A stretch of 64,000 nucleotides of DNA from Abditibacterium sp. (GCA_965246885.1 OZ251992.1:3040001-3104000), one strand, 5' to 3'; shown: positions 11,361-21,545, counted from the first letter of the stretch. The notes: generated by a model not told the origin, from the sequence alone. Numbers and translations are program-made.

Positions 11361-14300
11361 ATGAACCACAAACCCCCGGTGTCCGTCGCCTCCGAACTGT
11401 CTTCCTCTCCTCCGCTTCTGCTGGTCGAGGATGTCGAAGCGCGTCCCGAACGCGGGGCGCCCATCTCCTTCACGACGGTGGGCGCCGTTTTTGAACCGCC
11501 CACCGGTTTTGTGGTCAACGAGGTCACGGACGTGCCGCCTACGCTGATTGAACAACGGGCGTTACGCGCCGAAGCGCGCGCGGGCGCTTTGGTCATGGCG
11601 ACGCTCACGGCGTTAGGCGTCTTGATGGCGACGCTCGTGTTTTTGTTTGCGCGCGGCGGCGTCACGTCGGCCTCCGGGGGAATTGGGGTGTCAGTGGGAC
11701 AGGCGTTACTACTCGCGCTGTGCGGAGGCGCAAGTGCGTGGGGGGCGGGTATGGCGATCAAAAGCGCGCGCGGTGACGAGTTGATCCGCAGGCGGCTCGG
11801 CTGGGGCGCCATTGCGGGAGCGTGTGCGCTTTATGGCGTCGGATGGCTGGCGTATGAAGCCAACGGGCGCGGCGGCGCGGCGGCTTCTGCATCGGGTACG
11901 GTCACGCTCGCTGATTGGTTTTGGATCGCGCAACAACCGCTTTTATGGGTGGGACTGTTTTTGCTCGCGTGGCGCGGCAAGAGTTTGGGACTCATGCGCC
12001 TGCTCACCGATACCATCATTGTGGTGCTTTCGGCGCTTGTGCTGTTGTATTCGCTCGTGTTGGAAAATCGGCTCTTGGACTCCAACCCACAGGTTAGCTC
12101 GATGGCGAGGTTCGCGGCGCTGTATTTTCCTTTGTGCGACATCGCGCATTTGTTTTGCGTCCTGATGCTGTTGGCGAACGTGCGCGAGTATCCTTCGCTT
12201 CAGCGCGCGGCGCGGTTCTTGTTCGCGGGCGTGGTATGTTTAATCGCTTCCGATACGGTCGCCGCCTCGCTTGCGGCGGGCCACGTCCACCCCGCGTGGC
12301 TGACGGCACTGCAAGGTTGGGGCGTGCTGTTGTTGGGTGTGGCGGGAGTCGTGAGTGTCTTGTCGCCGCGTTCAGCCAAGCTGAGGCCGCAGTCGGACGC
12401 CGAAGAAGCCATCGAAGCCGCGCCACGCGAAGCGACGACCATCGGGGTGGCGGGCTTAGACGAAGCCCTCGCGCGCTGGCACCGTTCAGCCATGCTGTGG
12501 CTTCCCTATCTGGCGACGCTGGGCGTCTCGTGCTTTCTGATTGGCAAAGAGTTTTGGGGCAAAGACATCATGGGCAAAGACGCCCAAAGCGTGCAGCACC
12601 TGTTCCCCGTCTTGGCGCTTCTCCTCGCTATCGCCGCGCGCCAGATGCTCACACTATGGGACAACGTGCAACTCGCGGAGCGGCTGCGCGCCTCTAACCT
12701 CGACCTCGAACAAAACGTCAACGACCGCACCCGCCACCTCGCCACCCTCCATAGCATCACTTCGACTCTCAACGGCAGCCTCGACCGCCGCACCATCCTG
12801 CGCGTGGCACTCGAAAAAATCCTCGTCGCAACGGGCGCAACCGCAGGCGGCATCTGGCTCCGCGAAGTGCGCCGTGACGTGTATGATGGCGCCGCGCCGC
12901 ACCATCAGTGGGTGCTCATGCACTGGCAAGGCGGGGCCGATCCCGCGATGCCCTCCCTTTTGCGCGACCTGTCCATCGCCGAAGCGACCGAAACGGAGGC
13001 CGACCATAGCGATCGTTTACCCCTGTCACCCGCCACGCGCGAGGCGCTCCAAAGCGGACTCGCGCCTTCCAGTCAACGGCGGATACTTGTCCCCGTGCGT
13101 TGGCAAGGCACCCTTTTGGGCGTGTTGGGCTTGATGCGCGAAACTGGGCAATTCGGTTACGAAGACCGCGCTTTAGTCGAAAGCGTCGCTTTGGAAGCGG
13201 GCGCCGCCTTGCAAAACGCGCTGATGTATTCCGAAGCCGCGCACCGCGCCGACCGCGACTCTGTGACTAACCTGCTCAACCACCGCGCCGTGCAGGACGA
13301 GATGACCAAAACGCTCACCCGTTGCAAACGCACCGGGGGCGTGTTCTCCATTGTGATGATGGACTTGAACAACTTCAAGTTCTTTAACGACACCTACGGC
13401 CACCCCGTTGGCGATGAGGTGCTCCGCGCCGTTGCGCGCAGTCTTCGCGAGTCGTGCCGGGGCAGCGACATTCTGGGGCGCTACGGCGGCGACGAATTTA
13501 TCGTCGTTTTGCCCGACACCGACGCGCAGGGGACGCTCGACGTTTGCGCGCGCATCAAGGCCGCTCTCGACGCCAAGCACTTTGAACCCGTGCCGGGAAC
13601 GCGCCTTCCCATCGGTACCGCCTTCGGCTGGGCCGCTTATCCCCAAGACGGCGAGGTCATTATGGATTTGCTCCAAGCCGCCGACGCCAACCTTTACAAC
13701 CACAAACGGGGCGGCGCCTCTTATCTGTCGCAGTCGCAAAAGGCGCTGCAAGAGGGCCGGGACGAACTGCGCAAGCTGAAAAACCGCGCGCACGGCGGCT
13801 CCTTCGGCGTGCTCGATGCCCTCGTGACGGCCATTGACAACAAAGACCACTACACCCGCGCGCACTCCGAGGAAGTCACCTATCTTTCGCTTCTGGTCGC
13901 CCGCGAGTTGGGCTATGGGCGCGAGCAACTCGAAGCCGTGCGCATCTCCGGCCTCTTGCACGACGTGGGTAAAATCGCCGTCCCCGATTCCATCCTGCGG
14001 CACCCCGGCAAACTGGGCCGCGACGAGTGGGACATCATGCAGCAACACCCGGTCTTCGGCGCCCTCATCGTCAAAGACGTGCCGCACTTGGAGCGCGTCA
14101 TAGACGGCATCAAATACCACCACGAGAAATGGGACGGCTCCGGCTACCCCGAACAGCGCGTGGCTGAGGACATCCCCGAAATGGGCCGCCTGTTGGCAAT
14201 GGGCGACTGCTATTCTGCCCTCACCACCGACCGCCCCTACCGCAAAGGTTGGAAGCCCGAAGCCGCCTTAGAGGAAATCGAGCGCTGCGCGGGCAGCCAC

Positions 14301-14435
14301 TTCGACCCGAACTTGTGCGCCCTGTTCCTCCAAATCATGCGCCGGGAACTGGCTTTAGGAAGCGACAACAGCGACTATGGGAGCCGCATCTCCGAAGAGT
14401 TCGGCGCCGACCGCGAAGAAGCAGTCGCGGCGTGA
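11361..14435 (+). CDS. Membrane-bound sensor with GAF, GGDEF and HD-GYP domains (c-di-GMP enzyme)
   Basis: Multiple TM helices, GAF-like region, RGSD I-site with YGGDEF, LLHDVGK, HHEKWDGSGYP; the ORF-track N-terminal extension is antisense to ftsY. Confidence 0.9.
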   Translation: MNHKPPVSVASELSSSPPLLLVEDVEARPERGAPISFTTVGAVFEPPTGFVVNEVTDVPPTLIEQRALRAEARAGALVMATLTALGVLMATLVFLFARGGVTSASGGIGVSVGQALLLALCGGASAWGAGMAIKSARGDELIRRRLGWGAIAGACALYGVGWLAYEANGRGGAAASASGTVTLADWFWIAQQPLLWVGLFLLAWRGKSLGLMRLLTDTIIVVLSALVLLYSLVLENRLLDSNPQVSSMARFAALYFPLCDIAHLFCVLMLLANVREYPSLQRAARFLFAGVVCLIASDTVAASLAAGHVHPAWLTALQGWGVLLLGVAGVVSVLSPRSAKLRPQSDAEEAIEAAPREATTIGVAGLDEALARWHRSAMLWLPYLATLGVSCFLIGKEFWGKDIMGKDAQSVQHLFPVLALLLAIAARQMLTLWDNVQLAERLRASNLDLEQNVNDRTRHLATLHSITSTLNGSLDRRTILRVALEKILVATGATAGGIWLREVRRDVYDGAAPHHQWVLMHWQGGADPAMPSLLRDLSIAEATETEADHSDRLPLSPATREALQSGLAPSSQRRILVPVRWQGTLLGVLGLMRETGQFGYEDRALVESVALEAGAALQNALMYSEAAHRADRDSVTNLLNHRAVQDEMTKTLTRCKRTGGVFSIVMMDLNNFKFFNDTYGHPVGDEVLRAVARSLRESCRGSDILGRYGGDEFIVVLPDTDAQGTLDVCARIKAALDAKHFEPVPGTRLPIGTAFGWAAYPQDGEVIMDLLQAADANLYNHKRGGASYLSQSQKALQEGRDELRKLKNRAHGGSFGVLDALVTAIDNKDHYTRAHSEEVTYLSLLVARELGYGREQLEAVRISGLLHDVGKIAVPDSILRHPGKLGRDEWDIMQQHPVFGALIVKDVPHLERVIDGIKYHHEKWDGSGYPEQRVAEDIPEMGRLLAMGDCYSALTTDRPYRKGWKPEAALEEIERCAGSHFDPNLCALFLQIMRRELALGSDNSDYGSRISEEFGADREEAVAA

Positions 14436-14438
14436 ACC

Positions 14439-14536
14439 CGCCCGCTTACGGGAACGGTTGCCGCGCCCCGGTGAACGAGCCGCCGGGGCCGGTGAACGAG
14501 TCGCTGGGGCGCGGCAACCGTTCCCGTAAGCGGGCG
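14439..14536. repeat. Long palindrome (31-bp perfect arms) with 21-bp periodicity, between convergent genes
   Basis: 14439-14469 CGCCCGCTTACGGGAACGGTTGCCGCGCCCC is the reverse complement of 14506-14536; GAACG recurs at 14452, 14473, 14494. Confidence 0.9.
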
Positions 14537-14558
14537 CTTCGTTCGCCCAGTCCCGTCT

Positions 14559-15818
14559 TCAAATCCCCAGCGCCCGCAAAACGCGCGCGGCATTAAAAGC
14601 GCCGACGGTGCCTTCCAACATCACGACGCGGCGCCCGCGCTGGATGAGCCACACGCCGTCGGGCGCGGCGTTCCACACGCTCAGGGCGCCGCGCTTGATT
14701 TCGGGTGCCCGCACGCCGAAACGCAGGTTGGTTCGGCTCGCATACGCCGCGCGCCACAGCGTTGCCGCGTCTTCGTCGTCCCACAGCGAGTCTTGCACGA
14801 TTAAATCGGCTCCCTTTGGCCCGACGTAGACGGCGTAACGGTCGCCCGCCCAGCCCGACGCGGCGGCGCGCGCTTGCGCCTCGTTGCCGTTGGCGCCCGC
14901 GACTTGGCGCAAGCCCAATTCGCCGTTGACATCGAAATCGAGCAACTGCCAGCCGCGTAACACCCGGCGTACATCGGGCATGGCCACCTCTTCTGGCTCT
15001 TTGCCCGCCAGATACAGCGAGGGATGCAAGATTTGCTGCGTCGAAACCGGCGGGTGCGCGTAGGCTTTGGACACCTGCGTCCAACCGCCGACCGCTTCAA
15101 GGCGCGTGCAAAAGCGCAAACCCGCCACATAGGGGAACGTCACCGTTTCGCGCAGAGCGGACGGCGCTTGGCTCATCTGCACCGTGTCGCCTCCCGCCAA
15201 ATGTCCCAACGCCGACATGAACATCCCGAAGGAGCGCAAGGGGTCGCGCGCCATAAAACGCGACATTGAAAGCGTGGCATCGCCTTCCACTAAGGCGCGG
15301 AGCGCCAACTGCCCGTCGCCGTTGTGCGGCGCGGAAGAAAGTAGGCGCGTTAAGTCGAAGTGTTGGTCTTGCAAGGCGTGCGTGAGTTCGTGCGCCATGA
15401 CGGTTTCCAACTCACCGCGTCCCACGCGGTCACTGGTGGTGAACGAGCGCGTGCGGTTGTCGTAAAAGCCCAGTATCTGCTCGCCCATCAAGTGCGAGTA
15501 GGCGCTCTTGAGGTCGAAGTTCTTGGGCGCCAACCCCGTTTGGCGCAGGTAGATGTTGGCGGCTCGCACCCCGTTTGAGTCGCCTTCGCTGTTCACCCCG
15601 CGCGTGACGTAGGCCGCCACCTGCTTTTGCGTGAGCACCCGCGTCGGGACAGGACGCAGGATGGAGAGTTGCCGAATGGCGCTGGTTTCCTTCAAGACGC
15701 GGTTCGCCATCGCTTGAACGCTTTCGGCTTTGGCAGGGGTGGGCGTGGGCGTGGGCGTGGCGAAACACGGAAGGGACGAGGCGCTTATCGCCGCGAGACA
15801 GAGCCAAAAACGATTCAT
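14559..15818 (-). CDS. Secreted putative zinc metallopeptidase (HExxH plus downstream Glu)
   Basis: Signal peptide with PTPTP; HELTHALQDQHF, LVEGDA, FPY, GWAGDR. Confidence 0.7.
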   Translation of the reverse strand: MNRFWLCLAAISASSLPCFATPTPTPTPAKAESVQAMANRVLKETSAIRQLSILRPVPTRVLTQKQVAAYVTRGVNSEGDSNGVRAANIYLRQTGLAPKNFDLKSAYSHLMGEQILGFYDNRTRSFTTSDRVGRGELETVMAHELTHALQDQHFDLTRLLSSAPHNGDGQLALRALVEGDATLSMSRFMARDPLRSFGMFMSALGHLAGGDTVQMSQAPSALRETVTFPYVAGLRFCTRLEAVGGWTQVSKAYAHPPVSTQQILHPSLYLAGKEPEEVAMPDVRRVLRGWQLLDFDVNGELGLRQVAGANGNEAQARAAASGWAGDRYAVYVGPKGADLIVQDSLWDDEDAATLWRAAYASRTNLRFGVRAPEIKRGALSVWNAAPDGVWLIQRGRRVVMLEGTVGAFNAARVLRALGI

Positions 15819-15911
15819 GCGCAGAGTGTAGGGGGAACGCGCTTTGCCTTTTGGGGGTCTTTCTCTAACCGCTTTCAAGATCGTTCCCCGCAAGCGGCAA
15901 GACCCACTATC

Positions 15912-17675
15912 ATGGCCAAAAACCGCGACCGTCGCACCTTGGGCGACGATGCCGACGAAGCGTTTCCCGCTTCGTCGTTCCCCGAAACGCAACTCGACGC
16001 CGCCGGACTGTTGGACGAAGTTCTGCGCTCCGGCCAGATTGACGACGCCAAAACGCGCAACACCCTGTTCCTGTTGCGCCACCAATTAGAAACCGACAAA
16101 CGCCAACTCGAAGAGGCCGCCGAACTCATCGGCCAATACGAGGAGGCTTATAACAAGCTCACCCAACCCGCCAACCGCTTGGGCACGTATCTGGGCCTGC
16201 CGCCCGAAGACCGCTCGACGCGCAAAATCGCCAAAGAAGGCGAGGACACCCTCGCGCTGATTGCCGTTGGCGACCAAGAATACGTCGTGCAGGTTGACCC
16301 GAACATCGAAAATCCCGCTTTCGAGGTCGGCACGCGCGTCAAGATCAACGAGGGCTATGCCGTCGTGGGCGACCTTGGCCCCGCCGAGAACGGCCCCATC
16401 GCCAAAATCGCCGAAGTCCTCGACGACACCCGTTTGCGCGTGTCGTCCGACCCGCAAGGGATGCAGTCGCGCATTGTGTTGCGCGGCCCAAAGCTCGCCG
16501 TCGCCGATGTGAAAAACGGCGACGAAGTGCGGATGGAGCCGAACTTTAAAGTCGCGCTTGAATCGTTCGCGGGCAACGACTCGCGCGACTACTTCCTCGA
16601 CGAAGTGCCCGAACTGCCTTGGGAAAAGGTCGGCGGGCAAGAGGAAGCCATCACCGTCATCAAGGACGCCATCGAACTGCCGCTTTTGTATCCCGAACTG
16701 TTCGAGCGCTTTGGCAAAAAACCGCTCAAGGGCATCCTGCTGTATGGCCCGCCCGGTTGCGGTAAGACGCTCATTGGCAAAGCGACCGCTTACAACCTGA
16801 CCAAAGCCTACAACGAGCGCACCGGGCAGAACTTGAAGGAGTATTTCATGCTCATCAACGGCCCGCAAATCCTTAATATGTGGCTGGGCGAATCGGAGCG
16901 CCAAGTGCGCGAGATTTTCCAATCCGCCCGCGAAAAGGCTAAGGAAGGGCACCTCGTTTTCATCTTCATGGACGAAGCCGAAGCGCTCCTTCGCACCCGT
17001 TCAAGCGGACGGATGGGCAACATCAACAACACCTTAGTGCCGCAGTTCGCCGCCGAGATGGACGGCCTCGTCGCCATGCAAAACGTCGTGGTCATGCTGA
17101 CCAGCAACCGTCCCGACTACATTGACCCCGCGATTCTGCGCCCCGGTCGCATTGATCGCAAGGTGAAAATCCGCCGCCCCGATAAGCCGAGCGCCCGCCA
17201 GATTTTCAGCATCTACCTGACCGACACCCTGCCCTACGACCCGGATTTGCTCCGCGCGCACGGCGACAACCTCACCGCCGTGCGCGACGAACTCGCCGAG
17301 GCCGCGACGAACTACGTGTTCCGCCGCACCGCCGAAACCGAGTTCCTCGAAGTCTTTACCCGCGCCGGGGGAGTCGAGACGCTGCACTACAAAGACCTGA
17401 TTTCGGGCGCGCTGATTGAGTCCATCGTCGAGCGCGCCAAGGACTTCGTCATTAAGAGGAGCATTGACGTAAAGTCCTCGCAAGAGGGCCTTTCCTTCGA
17501 GGATTTGAAGAAGTCCATAGACGCCGAGTTCAAGGAAAACGAGATTTTCCCAAAAACCGACAACGTCGAAGACTGGCTCAAACTGCTCGACTACGAACCC
17601 GAAAACGTCGTCACCCTCAAGCCCATCCGCCCCGGCGCCCGCGACAAAGCGCAGTCCGTGCGCGGCGTGATTTGA
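15912..17675 (+). CDS. arc: Proteasome-associated AAA ATPase (ARC/Mpa type)
   Basis: N-terminal coiled coil ending KLTQPAN, OB-like interdomain, GILLYGPPGCGKTLIGKA, NRPDYIDPAILRPGRIDRKVKI, ISGALIESIVERAK, EFKENE. Confidence 0.88.
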   Translation: MAKNRDRRTLGDDADEAFPASSFPETQLDAAGLLDEVLRSGQIDDAKTRNTLFLLRHQLETDKRQLEEAAELIGQYEEAYNKLTQPANRLGTYLGLPPEDRSTRKIAKEGEDTLALIAVGDQEYVVQVDPNIENPAFEVGTRVKINEGYAVVGDLGPAENGPIAKIAEVLDDTRLRVSSDPQGMQSRIVLRGPKLAVADVKNGDEVRMEPNFKVALESFAGNDSRDYFLDEVPELPWEKVGGQEEAITVIKDAIELPLLYPELFERFGKKPLKGILLYGPPGCGKTLIGKATAYNLTKAYNERTGQNLKEYFMLINGPQILNMWLGESERQVREIFQSAREKAKEGHLVFIFMDEAEALLRTRSSGRMGNINNTLVPQFAAEMDGLVAMQNVVVMLTSNRPDYIDPAILRPGRIDRKVKIRRPDKPSARQIFSIYLTDTLPYDPDLLRAHGDNLTAVRDELAEAATNYVFRRTAETEFLEVFTRAGGVETLHYKDLISGALIESIVERAKDFVIKRSIDVKSSQEGLSFEDLKKSIDAEFKENEIFPKTDNVEDWLKLLDYEPENVVTLKPIRPGARDKAQSVRGVI

Positions 17676-17755
17676 GGAGGTAGAATGAAAAGCGAGGCAT
17701 CGAAAAGGTGTCTCGCTTTTTGCTTGCCTCCAAGTGCTTGCACAAACTCGCTGCT

Positions 17756-18772
17756 ATGCCTTCTGCAATCCTCGTCAACTCTGCCTTTGATGCCGTGTGG
17801 CCCTTTTGCGCCGATTACGCTCATCGTGAATGGGGCGCGCAGGGCGCAGTTGAGTTCATCCGTGTCGGGCCGGAAGACACGCGCCCTGTGAACGAACTGC
17901 TTGCCTCGCCATCGGAAACGACGCGCCTCCTCAGCTTCGGCATACCGCTCACTTCGCGCTGTGTCGAAGCGTTATCCGCACTGCGAGAAGCGGCCATTAT
18001 TCCGTCCGACGAGAACAAAACCGACGAGGACGCGAGAAAACAACTCCAAGCGCGAGGAGTGCGGCTCATCAAGCACACCTCGGAGGGGTTTTGGGGGCAA
18101 TCCGTCAGCGAGTTCGCGTTGGCTTTGACGCTGTGCGGATTGCGGCGCATCCCGCAAACTCACCACAACATCCTGACAAGCCACGAAGACTGGGACTATG
18201 ACCCGCCTGAGGGCCGGGGGCGCCCCGGCGTGCGCGGGCAACAGTTCGGCGACGACCCGTGCTTTGTCAATGGCACCGTCGAGGGCAAACGCGTTCGGGT
18301 TGTCGGCGCGGGTAACATCGCCGCCCGTTACGCGAGTTTCGTTCATTTTCTCGGCGCCGAGGTCGCGGCGTGGGATCCCTTCGCGGCGGAACCAGCCTTT
18401 CACCGCGCGGGCACTCGGCGCGAGCATTTTCTCGACCGTTTGATAACGGACGCCGACATCTTCGCTCCCATGCTTCCGCTCACCGACGCAACGCGCGGTT
18501 TGGTTACGGCAACTCACATTGAAGCGCTCCCCAAAGGGTGCCTCGTCGTGTTGGCGACGCGCGCCGACATCGTGGACGTTCCCACCCTACGCCGCCGCGT
18601 GCTCAACGACGAATTGGCACTCGCTGCCGATGTCTTCGACATCGAGCCACTTCCTATGGACGACCCGCTTTTGGGCCGCCACAACGTAGTTCATACCCCC
18701 CACAACGCCGGACGCACCCGCCAAGCGAACGAACGTTTCGCCGCCATGCTCCTCGAACAGTTCGCCCCCTGA
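17756..18772 (+). CDS. D-isomer-specific 2-hydroxyacid dehydrogenase family protein
   Basis: VGAGNIA, PLTDATRGLV, ATRA, AADVFDIEPL, HTPHNAG. Confidence 0.85.
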   Translation: MPSAILVNSAFDAVWPFCADYAHREWGAQGAVEFIRVGPEDTRPVNELLASPSETTRLLSFGIPLTSRCVEALSALREAAIIPSDENKTDEDARKQLQARGVRLIKHTSEGFWGQSVSEFALALTLCGLRRIPQTHHNILTSHEDWDYDPPEGRGRPGVRGQQFGDDPCFVNGTVEGKRVRVVGAGNIAARYASFVHFLGAEVAAWDPFAAEPAFHRAGTRREHFLDRLITDADIFAPMLPLTDATRGLVTATHIEALPKGCLVVLATRADIVDVPTLRRRVLNDELALAADVFDIEPLPMDDPLLGRHNVVHTPHNAGRTRQANERFAAMLLEQFAP

Positions 18773-18781
18773 GCGCCCCCA

Positions 18782-18848
18782 GAACTCGAAAACATCGTCA
18801 TCCTCAAGCCCATCCGCCCAGCTCCCGCGACGAAACGCAGTCCGTGCG
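18782..18848 (+). repeat. Degenerate direct copy of the arc 3' end (17595-17662)
   Basis: By-eye alignment: 60 of 68 positions identical (7 substitutions, 1 gap). Confidence 0.9.
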
Positions 18849-18982
18849 AGGAGCGCGAGCGAGGGAAGAACAAGCACGTTGCGTTGTATCAAGCAGTTGA
18901 ACATGATAAGGTAAACCCTACCGTTCCTCAAGCGTCACGTTTATTCCCTTTTGGCGGGGCTTGGTGCTGGGCGGTTACAACC

Positions 18983-20041
18983 ATGTTCACACCCACATCA
19001 TCTGCGCGCCGCGCGCCCTCTTTGGGCCGCCAGTTCTGGCTTCTCGCCTCCGTCCTTACGCCGATTGTCTTCCTGTCCGGCGGTTGCGGTGGCGGCTCTG
19101 GTGGCGGACTGTTCGGCACGCCCACCGCGACGCCGGTTCCGGCGGCTGTGACGCTTCTCTCGAACGCTCCCATCGCTCTGGGCAATGGACAAACCGGCAC
19201 GCTCAACGCCACGCGCATTGGAAATGCCGTTACAGGCACGCTGACGGTAGCGAATACCTCCCGCGCGGCGCTCAAACAAACGAGCGCCATTAGCTTCAAT
19301 ATCCCACCCAACGTTTACAACATCACCGGCTCGTTCTCGCCGCCACGCGGCTTCACCCTAACGGGCACCTTCCCCGCCCCCATCGGCGCGTTTAGCTTGA
19401 GCGGCCAAACCCCCACAACAACCGACACCGGCTCGTTTAGTCTCACGGCGGCGGGACAAACCCAAAGCGGCACCTTGCCCGTCATCTCGACGCCGACTGT
19501 GACCCCAACTACTCCGACGGCGACACCAGCGCCCCAAATGACGCCGACGACAATCCCAACAACAGGCGGCGGCTCGCTTCGGACATCGGGCGGCGGCACG
19601 GACACGCTTTCTCTGACTGGCTCCGGGACAGGCATAGGGGCGAACTTTTCCGAAGTGGGTTACTTCGGCATCGTGACATCCAACGGCACTGCGGCACTGC
19701 GACTGGAAGGCACAACGCCACGCAACGACACCACACCCTATCGGGACATTGTGGTTGGAATTTATAAAACTGGCACCATCAACGTCGGCGACTCCTTCCC
19801 GATTGGCCCCACAACCGGCCAACACGCTTCGGTGCTCATCAGCTACGCCCCCGCCGGAAGCACAACCGGCACCGTTTACTACGGCGTGAGCGGGACGGCA
19901 ACGATCACCGGCGCGACAGCAACGGGCTTTTCGGTCTCGCTCTCGAACGTGAAAATTAACGGCATCGGCAGCGCCACTGGAGGCGGGAACGACTTCCACA
20001 CCTTCCCCACCGGCTCGGCATCGGGCACTTACACCAATTAA
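18983..20041 (+). CDS. Thr/Gly-rich putative lipoprotein, unknown function
   Basis: Signal peptide ending LSGGC-GGGSGG, PTATP linkers, beta-rich low-complexity domains. Confidence 0.7.
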   Translation: MFTPTSSARRAPSLGRQFWLLASVLTPIVFLSGGCGGGSGGGLFGTPTATPVPAAVTLLSNAPIALGNGQTGTLNATRIGNAVTGTLTVANTSRAALKQTSAISFNIPPNVYNITGSFSPPRGFTLTGTFPAPIGAFSLSGQTPTTTDTGSFSLTAAGQTQSGTLPVISTPTVTPTTPTATPAPQMTPTTIPTTGGGSLRTSGGGTDTLSLTGSGTGIGANFSEVGYFGIVTSNGTAALRLEGTTPRNDTTPYRDIVVGIYKTGTINVGDSFPIGPTTGQHASVLISYAPAGSTTGTVYYGVSGTATITGATATGFSVSLSNVKINGIGSATGGGNDFHTFPTGSASGTYTN

Positions 20042-20280
20042 TCAAACACCACTCCAAGCCAACAAGCGCGCCCTGAATTGGGCGCGCTTGTTTGTGTTTG
20101 GCAGGCTCGCGCCGCGCGCGACAGAACAGCTTGGTGGATTAGGCCGTTGGAAACGCCGGGGTCTTGGGCGAGCAACGCGGCCAAACGGCGGTCGCGGGCG
20201 GTTAATTGGCCGCGCTTCGCGCGCTCCAAAATGAGCGCGGCCAACTTCGCTTTGCGCCAATGGATGTTTTCGTTTTTCAT
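20038..20280 (-). CDS. Small hypothetical protein (doubtful)
   Basis: ATG-started 80-aa ORF filling the gap; its 3' part overlaps the terminator hairpin. Confidence 0.35.
   Translation of the reverse strand: MKNENIHWRKAKLAALILERAKRGQLTARDRRLAALLAQDPGVSNGLIHQAVLSRAARACQTQTSAPNSGRACWLGVVFD
20061..20099 (+). terminator. Intrinsic terminator
   Basis: 13-bp stem AACAAGCGCGCCC / GGGCGCGCTTGTT followed by TGTGTTT. Confidence 0.65.
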
Positions 20281-20330
20281 CGCGTTGGGAAGCGTAGTTC
20301 AGGCGCGCGGCTTGCCAACCCGCGCCCCAA

Positions 20331-21545
20331 ATGATCAATGAAACGCAAGATTCTACCGCCGTGCCGCATTTGGGCGGCGTGTCGCTTTCCCTTGAACGGG
20401 TGAACGAAGAGGAAGAGAAAACGCCCTCACCGCGAACGAAGAGCGTGCCCAAGGCGGCGCCGCTTTGGATGCCGGAGCGGGTCATCTTCACCCCCGCCGC
20501 GTTGGAGTGGGAGCATGGGCGGGCTATCTTGGCGCGCTGCGAGGCGATCGGCATACCTGTGGAGAAGCTCCGCGCGAATCGGCTGACCGGCCTGACGCAG
20601 GAGGATGTGCGCAAGACCTACGCGGCGGCGAAGCGCACGCTCGCGGTGGTGGTTTCGCCGCCCAGTTACCTCAAGTTGCAGCCGATTCCGCCGTCCGCCG
20701 ATTGGCAGTTCCACGTTGCCGAAGGCTGTCCAGCGCACTGCCAATACTGCTACCTCGCGGGCAGTTTGTCCGGCCCGCCGATTGTGCGGGCGTTTGCTAA
20801 CTTGCCGCAGATTCTCGAAAACCTCGTTCAATATGAGACCATCCGCCCCAACGTCGCTAAGCCGCGCGGCAACTCGCCAACATCCGAGCGCGGGCGCGAG
20901 GACTCGATGAGTTTTGAAGTTTCGTGCTACACCGACCCGCTCGGCATCGAACATCTGACCGGCAGTTTGGCCGAAGCGATTCGGTATTTCGGCACGCGCG
21001 ACCGGGGCTTTTTGCGCTGCGTGTCGAAGTTCGACGCCGTTGACAACCTGCTCCATCTGCCCCACAACGGGCAAACGCGCTTTCGCTCCAGCATGAACGC
21101 CGAGCCGATTTCGCGCCGCTTGGAAGGCGGCACCGCCAACGTTCCGGCGAGACTGCTCGCGCTTCGCAAATTGGCGCTTCCGCCCGAACGCGGCGGGGGC
21201 GGCTACCCGATTGGCATCGTCATCGCCCCGATTATGCCGATGGACGACTGGAGCGCGCACTACACCAAACTGCTGAACGAAGCCCAATCCGCGCTCGATT
21301 TCGAGTGCGACCTTTCCTTTGAACTCATCACGCACCGCTTCACCCCCGGCTCGAAAGACGTGCTGCTCCAATGGTATCCCAACACCTCGCTCGACCTCGA
21401 CGAATCCAAACGCGAAGTCAAACGCAACAAATTCGGCGGCACCAAATACGTCTACCCCCGCGAGTTGATGAAGGAGTTGAAGAGTTGGTTCTTCGAGGAG
21501 ATCGGCGCGCGCTTTCCGACGGGGAAGATTTTGTATTGGACGTGA
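20331..21545 (+). CDS. splB: Spore photoproduct lyase family radical SAM protein
   Basis: GCPAHCQYCYL, FEVSCYTDP, HNGQTRFR, ITHRFT, KFGGTKYVY; start uncertain. Confidence 0.85.
   Translation: MINETQDSTAVPHLGGVSLSLERVNEEEEKTPSPRTKSVPKAAPLWMPERVIFTPAALEWEHGRAILARCEAIGIPVEKLRANRLTGLTQEDVRKTYAAAKRTLAVVVSPPSYLKLQPIPPSADWQFHVAEGCPAHCQYCYLAGSLSGPPIVRAFANLPQILENLVQYETIRPNVAKPRGNSPTSERGREDSMSFEVSCYTDPLGIEHLTGSLAEAIRYFGTRDRGFLRCVSKFDAVDNLLHLPHNGQTRFRSSMNAEPISRRLEGGTANVPARLLALRKLALPPERGGGGYPIGIVIAPIMPMDDWSAHYTKLLNEAQSALDFECDLSFELITHRFTPGSKDVLLQWYPNTSLDLDESKREVKRNKFGGTKYVYPRELMKELKSWFFEEIGARFPTGKILYWT

Noticed and set aside
11361..14435. GGDEF plus HD-GYP hybrid as a novelty
   Set aside because: This is a well-known domain architecture; listed as a feature only.
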